From Nanobdellota archaeon (GTDB lineage: Archaea; Nanobdellota; Nanobdellia; Woesearchaeales; GW2011-AR4): a DNA stretch of 53,729 nt. The DNA lies in NCBI GenBank assembly GCA_022564635.1, contig JADFLA010000003.1, positions 1 through 53,729 of the forward strand, in the 5' to 3' direction. The notes under the pieces were generated by a model that saw only the letters and a program-made list of their open reading frames with translations, did not search any database and was not told the DNA's origin. A program made the position numbers and the translations under genes. Below are positions 1 to 6,916 of the stretch, in pieces; position 1 is the first letter of the stretch, and the number at the start of each line of letters is the position of its first letter.

Positions 1-116
1 TTTTCGCAAAATATTTTAAGGGGTTCGTACTTGAATATCTTATGCCTATACATCGTACTGAAGTTAATCCCTACCGATATTGCTCCTTTACTAGAGCTAT
101 AGCTACTAATTTCCAT
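1..116 (-). mobile_element. tnpA: N-terminus (38 codons, runs off the window) of a probable IS200/IS605-family Y1 transposase TnpA
   Basis: ATG at 116 preceded by SD AGGTGA. Reads MEISSYSSSKGAISVGINFSTMYRHKIFKYEPLKIFCE, resembling the TnpA N-terminal F-x-x-K-Y-R-x-x-x-F motif. Hairpins lie upstream. The HUH motif is outside the window. Confidence 0.5.
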
Positions 117-137
117 GCTTATCACCTGTTTTTTAGT

Positions 138-243
138 GCTACTGGCTTTTCAACTAAGCTCTGGAAAAAGAGCTTAGTGCAGTAGCCTATAGAACTCTGA
201 GAAAAAGTCAAATTTAATCTTTATGCACCGTTTAAAAACGGTG
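138..243. repeat. Two hairpins upstream of the putative tnpA (candidate IS200/IS605 left-end or REP-like structures)
   Basis: GCTACTG(138-144)...CAGTAGC(180-186) encloses CTAAGCTC/GAGCTTAG (154-177). Second hairpin CACCGTTT/AAACGGTG at 226-243. Confidence 0.55.
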
Positions 244-445
244 GCAATACTATTCTAGCCTAACAAAGGTTATGCGAACTTTTTATGCAAAAAAACCATA
301 CTTTTATAAACTACCTATATACTTCAGTATATAGATTGAATAGAGGGAACAGAGAGTATAGTGACTAATGACTTTTACTTTTTCTGTTTCACGTGCAGTG
401 GAGATATTTCAACACGTACGTTTTTATTCAAGGAGATTAGACAGA

Positions 446-1783
446 ATGACATTTGAAGAGTTAAATGTAAACCAAGAACTAGTTAAAGGTCTAAATGAAA
501 TTGGGATTAAAGAACCTACTGACATACAACAGAAAACAATACCTTTGATAAAACAAGGCAAGGATGTTATAGGCATATCAAAGACTGGTTCTGGAAAGAC
601 AGTTGCTTTTGGTATTCCATTATTAGAGAAAATCCAACAAGGCCAAGGCGTGCAGTTTTTAATTATAGCTCCGGTAAGAGAGTTAGCTGTGCAAATATCA
701 AAAGAGCTAAAGAAGTTTGGCAAGTATGTTAAGTTTTACGTTGCTACTGTTTTTGGTGGAGTAGCTATTAATCCGCAGATAGAAGCTATAGAAAGAGCGG
801 ATATTGTGGTTGGAACTCCAGGAAGATTATTAGACCATTTAGAGAATCATAAACTTGATATTTCAAGAGTAAAATGTGTTGTACTGGATGAAGCTGATAA
901 GATGGTAGAGATGGGATTTATAGAAGACATAAGAATTATTCTTAACAAAACTCCAAAACATAGACAAATGTTGCTATTCGGAGCAACAATTTCACATGAA
1001 ATAGAAGAACTTAAGCAAAAATATATGCATAATTCATTAACTGTACAGACAGAATCACATGTTCAGGAAGAATATCTTGAACAATATTATTACAATATAA
1101 AACAATATGAGAAATTCTCATTGCTTGTCCATTTATTGAATAAGGAAGAGGATAAGGGCTTAACAATCATTTTTTGTTCGGCAAGATCCACTGTAGAAAT
1201 GGTTACAAGAAACTTAAGGGACAATGGAATAAAAGTGGAAATGACTCATGGGAAATTGAGCCAGAACAGAAGGCTTAGTATAATAGAAAATTTCCATAAA
1301 GGAAGGCCGAATGTGCTGGTTGCCTCAGCGGTTGCAGCACGTGGTTTAGACATTAAAGATGTTACACATATTTTCAATTATGATTTAAGCCAAGATCCGG
1401 AAGAATATATTCATAGGATTGGCAGGACTGCTAGAGCAGGACAAACGGGAAAAGCCATCACATTACTAAGCGAGAGGGACCATGATACTTTCAGGGAAAT
1501 TTTAAGCAGGTATCCTGTTGAGGTCAAAGAACTACCATTAGAGGATTTTCCAAGGTTGGGGTTTAATGCCGGCATGAGAAGAAGATTTGGAGGTAGAGGC
1601 TTTAGGAGTTCAGGAGGATATGGCAGCTATAACCGTTCCAGGCCAAGATCATATAATAGAGGAAGTTCATTTGGAGATAGGTCACATAGGGGAAGCAGTT
1701 CGTTTAGTGGTAGGTCAAGGCCGCATGGAAGGTATGGCAGTTCATCAAGGTCTGGATCCGGATCATTCGGGAGACGATACTGA
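446..1783 (+). CDS. DEAD-box RNA helicase with RGG/RS-rich C-terminal tail
   Basis: Q motif PTDIQ, KTGSGKT, PVRELA, GTPGR, DEAD, ARGLD, HRIGRTAR. Start moved from 368 to ATG 446 (AGGAG SD at 431). Confidence 0.95.
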   Translation: MTFEELNVNQELVKGLNEIGIKEPTDIQQKTIPLIKQGKDVIGISKTGSGKTVAFGIPLLEKIQQGQGVQFLIIAPVRELAVQISKELKKFGKYVKFYVATVFGGVAINPQIEAIERADIVVGTPGRLLDHLENHKLDISRVKCVVLDEADKMVEMGFIEDIRIILNKTPKHRQMLLFGATISHEIEELKQKYMHNSLTVQTESHVQEEYLEQYYYNIKQYEKFSLLVHLLNKEEDKGLTIIFCSARSTVEMVTRNLRDNGIKVEMTHGKLSQNRRLSIIENFHKGRPNVLVASAVAARGLDIKDVTHIFNYDLSQDPEEYIHRIGRTARAGQTGKAITLLSERDHDTFREILSRYPVEVKELPLEDFPRLGFNAGMRRRFGGRGFRSSGGYGSYNRSRPRSYNRGSSFGDRSHRGSSSFSGRSRPHGRYGSSSRSGSGSFGRRY

Positions 1784-1799
1784 TTTTAATTTAAAGATC

Positions 1800-2768
1800 T
1801 CATAATTTACTCTTAAACTGATCATAACCATAACCTAATTTTTTCTTTTTCCCTTTATCTAATAAATAAACTCCTTCTTTTTTTGATAAAATTTTTCCAA
1901 CAATAGTAAAGTCACTCTTTATTTTATTTAATTTTTCAAATTTATTTTTATTGATTGTAAAGACTAATTCAAAATCTTCTCCCCCATAGAGAGCATAATC
2001 ATATGGATTTTTATTTACTTTTTTAGTATCATTAATTGTTGTTTTATTTATTGGGATTTTTTCTTTGTAAATGACTGCACCTGTTTTGCTTTCAGAACAG
2101 ATGTTAAGGACTTCAGAACTTAAACCATCAGAGACATCTTCCATTGCATTAACATAATTTGATAATTTTCTTCCAATATTTAATTTACATTTGGTATTCA
2201 AATAATTATTAATTGATTTACCTGTTTTTTTGTTTCTCAATAATTCTAATCCTGCTCTTGATGCTCCTAAATTTCCAGTTACTAGAATTAAATCATTAAT
2301 TTTTGCATTGCTTCTTAAACACAAATTTTTCTTCTCGACAATACCAATCATATTTACTGTTATGGATATATTTTTTCCATGGGTTAGATTTCCACCAATA
2401 ATACTAATTTTATATTTTTTTGATGATTTATTTATTCCATTGTATAATTTATTAATAAAATTAACATTTGTATTTTTGGGTAGAATAAGAGAAATCAAGG
2501 TGTATTTTGGAAAGCCACCCATTGCTGCTATATCTGATATATTGCTTTCTATTGCTTTTTTTCCTACTTGTTCTGGGGTAAACCAAGATAAATTAAAATG
2601 ATCATCTTCTACTAGTGTATCTGTGGTTAACAATAAATAATGTTTTTTATCGAATTTAAGAACAGCTGTATCGTCTCCTATTCCCTTAATTATATCTTTT
2701 GAGAATAATTTTATTCCTTTGCTTATTTTTTTGATTAATTCTATTTCTCCTAAATTGGATACTTTCAT
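1800..2768 (-). CDS. thiL: Thiamine-monophosphate kinase
   Basis: GIGDDTA, TTDTLVEDDHF, NISDIAAMGG, IGGN, DVSDGL and GGEDFELVFT motifs. ATG at 2768. Confidence 0.93.
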   Translation of the reverse strand: MKVSNLGEIELIKKISKGIKLFSKDIIKGIGDDTAVLKFDKKHYLLLTTDTLVEDDHFNLSWFTPEQVGKKAIESNISDIAAMGGFPKYTLISLILPKNTNVNFINKLYNGINKSSKKYKISIIGGNLTHGKNISITVNMIGIVEKKNLCLRSNAKINDLILVTGNLGASRAGLELLRNKKTGKSINNYLNTKCKLNIGRKLSNYVNAMEDVSDGLSSEVLNICSESKTGAVIYKEKIPINKTTINDTKKVNKNPYDYALYGGEDFELVFTINKNKFEKLNKIKSDFTIVGKILSKKEGVYLLDKGKKKKLGYGYDQFKSKL

Positions 2769-2800
2769 TTTAAACACACTTCCTTTTTATATTATTTAAA

Positions 2801-2844
2801 ATGAAAGCTACGAACGGAACGAAGTGTAGTGAGTATGTTTTCAT
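2801..2844 (+). repeat. Short dispersed intergenic repeat, copy A
   Basis: ATGAAAGCTACGAACG-GAACGAAGTG-TAGTGAGTATGTTTTCAT. Matches the reverse complement of 52796-52830 apart from the central insert. Ends are ATGAA/TTCAT inverted repeats. Confidence 0.8.
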
Positions 2845-2887
2845 ATAAATCACAAACTTTTTAACTCTTAAATAATTTTCTGTTTAC

Positions 2888-3427
2888 ATGCCTAGTTTAA
2901 TACTAATATGCTTTTACTTCATGTTACCGGTATATTTCGCTAATATGGCTCCGGTTATAGTGAAAAAGGTATTTAATAATTTAGCGTTTCCTCTTGATTT
3001 CAATAAAAAAATAGGAAATAAGGAGATATTTGGAAAGAATAAAACCTTTAGAGGCCTTATTTTTGGTGTTATATTTGCAATTATAATAACATTCATACAA
3101 TTTAATTTTTATAAAAATAATATATTAGTTGATTTATCAATTGTTGATTATTCTGATTGGTTGTTGATTGGGTTGCTTATGGGCTTTGGAGCAATTTTTG
3201 GAGACTTAGCGGAAAGTTTTGTAAAAAGAAGAATAAATTGTAAACCTGGCAAACCATTTATTCCCTTTGATCAATTAGATTTTGTCATAGGAGCCTTAAT
3301 TTTTATTTATCCAATAGTTGCTTTGTCGTTAAATAAGATAATAACTATATTATTATTAAGCTTTGTTTTGCATGTTATAGTAAATCATGTTGCTTATTAT
3401 ACTGGGTTTAGGAAAGAGAAGTGGTAG
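2888..3427 (+). CDS. carS: CDP-archaeol synthase (CDP-2,3-bis-O-geranylgeranyl-sn-glycerol synthase, DUF46)
   Basis: PVYFANMAP, PLDF, GKNKTFRG, GDLAESFVKRR and PFDQLDF motifs; multiple TM helices. Confidence 0.9.
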   Translation: MPSLILICFYFMLPVYFANMAPVIVKKVFNNLAFPLDFNKKIGNKEIFGKNKTFRGLIFGVIFAIIITFIQFNFYKNNILVDLSIVDYSDWLLIGLLMGFGAIFGDLAESFVKRRINCKPGKPFIPFDQLDFVIGALIFIYPIVALSLNKIITILLLSFVLHVIVNHVAYYTGFRKEKW

Positions 3428-3895
3428 TTATAGTATAAAATAAAGCAATATCGCAGGAACAAAAAACCATAAATTCTTTACAAAGATTTCATAATAATTT
3501 TTTTTCTTTAATTTTATTATCAAAGAAGATGTTGGAATACCAAATAAGAATATAAGCGCTGATTCTATAACAAATAAATTAAAAATTTTGCTGCTTAGGT
3601 AAAATACAATTCCAAGAAAAAAATAAACCCTAATAGAATTTTCCAGATTTATTTTTTTGTTCAGGATCAGGATTAATACAAAAATTATCAAGATTGTTAT
3701 TAAGACAATGTTTAGTTTATAAAAGAACAATATAGAGATTATGATAATGAAAAACAATATTTTCTTAAGAAGAATGAAATACTTTTTTCCGGGTTTTTGC
3801 TCTTCCGGAGCAAGCTTGATTAAGATTACACCTAGCAATAATCCTAAGTAAGCGATTATTGATGCCAAAAAATAGCTTATAAAAGTTATTTGCAT
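3428..3895 (-). CDS. Hypothetical polytopic membrane protein
   Basis: 155-aa ORF with about 5 hydrophobic segments; overlaps the rpiB stop. Confidence 0.7.
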   Translation of the reverse strand: MQITFISYFLASIIAYLGLLLGVILIKLAPEEQKPGKKYFILLKKILFFIIIISILFFYKLNIVLITILIIFVLILILNKKINLENSIRVYFFLGIVFYLSSKIFNLFVIESALIFLFGIPTSSLIIKLKKKNYYEIFVKNLWFFVPAILLYFIL

Positions 3896-4356
3896 GTTTT
3901 CTCTTCTATCTTAGAAATTTTTTCCAGTCTTCTTACGTGCCTTCCTTTGTTGCTAAAAGGGGTTTTAAGCCAAAGCTTTAAGGCTTTTATTGCTTCTTCT
4001 TTTTTCAGAAATCTTGCCCCAAGAGAAAGAATATTTGCGTTGTTATGTGTCCTTGAGAGCTTTACAATATTAATATTGCTTCCATAGTATAATGCAGCTC
4101 TTATTCCAGGTATCTTATTAGCTACTATTGCTTCTCCCTGCCCTGAAGCCCCGAATATTACGCCTCTGCTTTCCTGGTTCTTAGCTACTTTTTTGGCTGC
4201 TTTGGATATAAAGTCCGGGTAATCATCATGAGGGTCTAATTTATGAGCACCTACATCCTCAACTTCAAAACCTTCGTTAATGAGAAATTTTTTTATTTCC
4301 TCCTTGAGTTTGAATCCTGCGTGGTCAGTTCCAAGAATTATTTTTTTAATTGGCAT
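3886..4356 (-). CDS. rpiB: Ribose-5-phosphate isomerase B (RpiB/LacAB family)
   Basis: GTDHAG, DYPD, SGQGEAIVANK, HNNANILSLG and GRH motifs. ATG at 4356 preferred over TTG at 4368. Confidence 0.92.
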   Translation of the reverse strand: MPIKKIILGTDHAGFKLKEEIKKFLINEGFEVEDVGAHKLDPHDDYPDFISKAAKKVAKNQESRGVIFGASGQGEAIVANKIPGIRAALYYGSNINIVKLSRTHNNANILSLGARFLKKEEAIKALKLWLKTPFSNKGRHVRRLEKISKIEEKTCK

Positions 4357-4483
4357 TTTTTGTTTCAATAAACTAATTCCTATTTTAATTAGTATAATAT
4401 ATTTTTATTTTGATGATTATAATGTTTATTATTCTTTTAGAATTATTTTATTTATTGTTTTTAATATTATTGTTTTTAAGAAC

Positions 4484-4747
4484 TTACCAAGACCTTATAT
4501 ACTCACTATGGCCCCATTGTATTAATAAGTCAACACCTAACTTTTCAACTACTATAGGTACGTCACAACCGCCCCAGCAGCTTCCCAGCCATATCACAAC
4601 AGATGCATTGGTATTTTTTTCAATATGTTCTTGTATTTCCTTTGCTTTTGGCTTTAGACCATCTGGAAGCTGTATGCACACTAATTTGGCATTGCTGTTC
4701 TTTATTTCAGCTACTGCTTTGTTTAGCTCTAAATCGTAGTTTTCCAT
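4484..4747 (-). CDS. dph2: Single-domain (87 aa) Dph2-like diphthamide synthesis protein
   Basis: IQLPDGL, SCWGGCD and LIQWGHS match domain 1 of Dph2/DPH1. A stop follows directly, then AT-rich non-coding DNA. Confidence 0.8.
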   Translation of the reverse strand: MENYDLELNKAVAEIKNSNAKLVCIQLPDGLKPKAKEIQEHIEKNTNASVVIWLGSCWGGCDVPIVVEKLGVDLLIQWGHSEYIRSW

Positions 4748-4804
4748 TATTATGTGGAATTATTGGTTATTTTAAAAGTTTATTGGGATAAATTGCTTTG
4801 TTAA

Positions 4805-4945
4805 TTACATAAACAACTCATCCAACTCGAAATCAGAAAGATCCTTTTTATTGATTAGTTTAGAAAAATCTTTGTCTTTCATCTTTTTTCTTTCTTCTCT
4901 CATGTTCTCTATTTCAATGTGGTCTTCGTCAAAAAATTCTTCCAT
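4805..4945 (-). CDS. Small acidic hypothetical protein (46 aa), not in the ORF track
   Basis: MEEFFDEDHIEIENMREERKKMKDKDFSKLINKKDLSDFELDELFM. GGTGA SD 6 nt before the ATG. Confidence 0.6.
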   Translation of the reverse strand: MEEFFDEDHIEIENMREERKKMKDKDFSKLINKKDLSDFELDELFM

Positions 4946-4947
4946 AT

Positions 4948-5055
4948 TTATTCACCATAGTTCTTTCTACTGTAATCTTCATTATTCTGTTCCGCTGATG
5001 CTTTTTCATAGCTTTCGTTGGTATTGCTGATATAGACAGCGCAGCCTAGACACAT
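4948..5055 (-). CDS. Small peptide (35 aa) with N-terminal CxxC, not in the ORF track
   Basis: MCLGCAVYISNTNESYEKASAEQNNEDYSRKNYGE. GGTGA SD 6 nt before the ATG; TATA-like box near 5121-5128. Confidence 0.55.
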   Translation of the reverse strand: MCLGCAVYISNTNESYEKASAEQNNEDYSRKNYGE

Positions 5056-5167
5056 TGTAAATCACCTATTTAAAACTATAAGAACCTCTTTTCTATTACT
5101 ACTATTGAGTAATGTTCTAGTATATAAATCTTTCGTTTTCTGAATTAGAAGTTATATTGAAAAATTT

Positions 5168-5377
5168 AGCTGTGCCAGAGCGGTGAATTGCACGCGAGCT
5201 CGCGTGTGAAATGCGACGAGCGACTGCGAGTCGCTCGCAATTCACTGTCGCGAGCAGGCAAGTCAAAATGCCGCACCTTGATTATTTTAGTAATATCATT
5301 TGGTTAAGATACACGGCATTTTAATTTATGTCATTACATTATTCTACCCACCCACCTCCCCTAATTTAGGCACAGCT
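5168..5377 (-). ncRNA. Unidentified structured RNA, copy 1 (paralogue at 47672-47813)
   Basis: Terminal stem AGCUGUGCC/GGCACAGCU. Blocks shared with copy 2: CCUAAnUUAGGGGAGGUGGGUGGG, AAAAUG/CAUUUU stem, AACCAAAU, CCGCUCUGGCACAGC. G-U pairs favour the minus strand. Confidence 0.65.
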
Positions 5378-5400
5378 AAATTTTTTTTAATCAAATTAAA

Positions 5401-5415
5401 GAAAGGTTTATATAT
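5401..5415. promoter_or_regulatory. BRE/TATA box, probably bidirectional
   Basis: GAAAGG-TTTATATAT. Correctly spaced for the + gene at 5454. On the minus strand, TATATAAA is ~25-30 nt before the structured RNA. Confidence 0.55.
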
Positions 5416-5453
5416 GTTCTTAGGCAGTTAAAAATAAAAAAAGGTGGAGATTA

Positions 5454-6005
5454 TTGGGCATTAAAGACAAATTCAAAAAAGAGGTAAAAAATCTTAAGGA
5501 TTATATAGTTCTTGTTACAGTAAATCCCAAAATCTATCAAAAATCGAATTTGGAAATCTTAAATGTACTAGTCAATGAACAAAAAACTCCTGGAGTATAT
5601 GTTACCTTAAACAAGCCTTTTGATATAATGAAGAGGCTGCTTAAGCAGAGCAAAATAGATTCGAGGTTAGTAATTTTTATAGATGGGATTACAAAAGTAC
5701 CTGAAAATAAAAAGGTAAAAAACTGCCTCTTTATAGGGTCACCTGAAAAATTGAGTGATATTTCTCTTGCTATGGATCAAGCAGTTAAGGCCTTGCCAAC
5801 AAAAGAAAAATTCATATTCTTTGATTCGATAAACACTTTGAGTGTATTTAACAAACCTGGAACTGTAGCGAGGTTTGTTTATTTTTTAGCCAGCAAAATA
5901 AGGGAGTGGAAAATTAAGGGTATCATAATATCTGTCAAGAAAGATTCTGACGAATCTTTAATTAATGAACTTGTGCAATTTTGCGATTCGAGAATTGATT
6001 TATGA
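5454..6005 (+). CDS. Degenerate RecA/KaiC-fold protein without Walker A (DUF835-like)
   Basis: VYVTLNKP, FIDG, SPEKLSDI, FFDSINTL and CDSRI pattern. Paralogous to 39609-40145. TTG start with GGTGGAG SD. Confidence 0.6.
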   Translation: MGIKDKFKKEVKNLKDYIVLVTVNPKIYQKSNLEILNVLVNEQKTPGVYVTLNKPFDIMKRLLKQSKIDSRLVIFIDGITKVPENKKVKNCLFIGSPEKLSDISLAMDQAVKALPTKEKFIFFDSINTLSVFNKPGTVARFVYFLASKIREWKIKGIIISVKKDSDESLINELVQFCDSRIDL

Positions 6006-6121
6006 GGCAATGAAAAAATATAAAATTTTTTCAAGCATAAAAAGTATTTCATACTTTTTATACAACGGAAAAATTTAAATTTTTCCTGGTCTCAAAATTA
6101 AAAATTTTGAGGTGATTAAAA

Positions 6122-6475
6122 ATGGTGTCTATTGCAGTATTAAGTATTACAACGGTAATTTTTGGGATTGGAGCTTTAATACTAGCATCGAGAGCAAGAA
6201 TGAGGCTTTCGCCTGGGTCATTGAGGAAATACATAGATAATTTTTCAGTTTGCCTAGCGTTCATGGTAATATTTTCGCTGTGGCTTACGATAAGGAGCCT
6301 CACGAATATCGAAGTATCCCTGGGGGCCTTTTCAGGCTACCCGGAATTTATCTTTATAGTATTTGCATATATTGGATTTGTTATTGCATCGTATAGGGTA
6401 TCAAAAATAAGTGAGGAGTTTGGGTTCAAGGAAGAAGGTAAGGAAATACAGGATCTTGTTAAAAAGAGAAAATAG
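6122..6475 (+). CDS. Hypothetical membrane protein (3 TM)
   Basis: GAGGTGA SD; three hydrophobic helices. Confidence 0.7.
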   Translation: MVSIAVLSITTVIFGIGALILASRARMRLSPGSLRKYIDNFSVCLAFMVIFSLWLTIRSLTNIEVSLGAFSGYPEFIFIVFAYIGFVIASYRVSKISEEFGFKEEGKEIQDLVKKRK

Positions 6476-6497
6476 AATTAAGCTACAATTATTTAAT

Positions 6498-6914
6498 ATG
6501 AGAAAAAAGGAGGCTCAGATAAGTGTTGAATACATGATGCTCATAGGATTTGCTACTGTAATAACCATACCTTTAATTATAATTTATTATACCTTTACCC
6601 AGGAATCTGGCGATGAAATAAACTCTGTACAAATACTGCAGATTGCAAAAAAGATAGTTGATGCAGCTGAGTCAGTTTATTATCTTGGTGAACCGTCTCA
6701 AACAACTTTAAGAGTAAATATACCTAACAATGTTGTTAGTGCAAATTTATCAACTGGCAAGGAAGTTGTTTTTAGGATAAAGACTAAAGCTGGTGAAGTT
6801 GATATAGGTCAGAGTTCCTCCATAAATATAAGTGGTTCTTTGCCAATAAATAAAAGTACTTATAAAATAACGGTCAAAGCCAAATCCAATTATGTGGAAG
6901 TTTCTTATAGTTGA
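6498..6914 (+). CDS. Type IV pilin-like protein with class III signal peptide
   Basis: MRKKEA/QISVEY (QxSxE motif) followed by a hydrophobic helix. Start reassigned from 6411 to ATG 6498. Confidence 0.85.
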   Translation: MRKKEAQISVEYMMLIGFATVITIPLIIIYYTFTQESGDEINSVQILQIAKKIVDAAESVYYLGEPSQTTLRVNIPNNVVSANLSTGKEVVFRIKTKAGEVDIGQSSSINISGSLPINKSTYKITVKAKSNYVEVSYS

Positions 6915-6916
6915 AA

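Noticed and set aside
5168-5377. Identifying the duplicated RNA as SRP RNA, a 16S fragment, tRNA half, riboswitch or ribozyme
   Set aside because: No SRP helix-8 motif, no cloverleaf halves, no TPP, fluoride, c-di-GMP, hammerhead or twister consensus. The GTGCCAG resemblance to 16S is too short.
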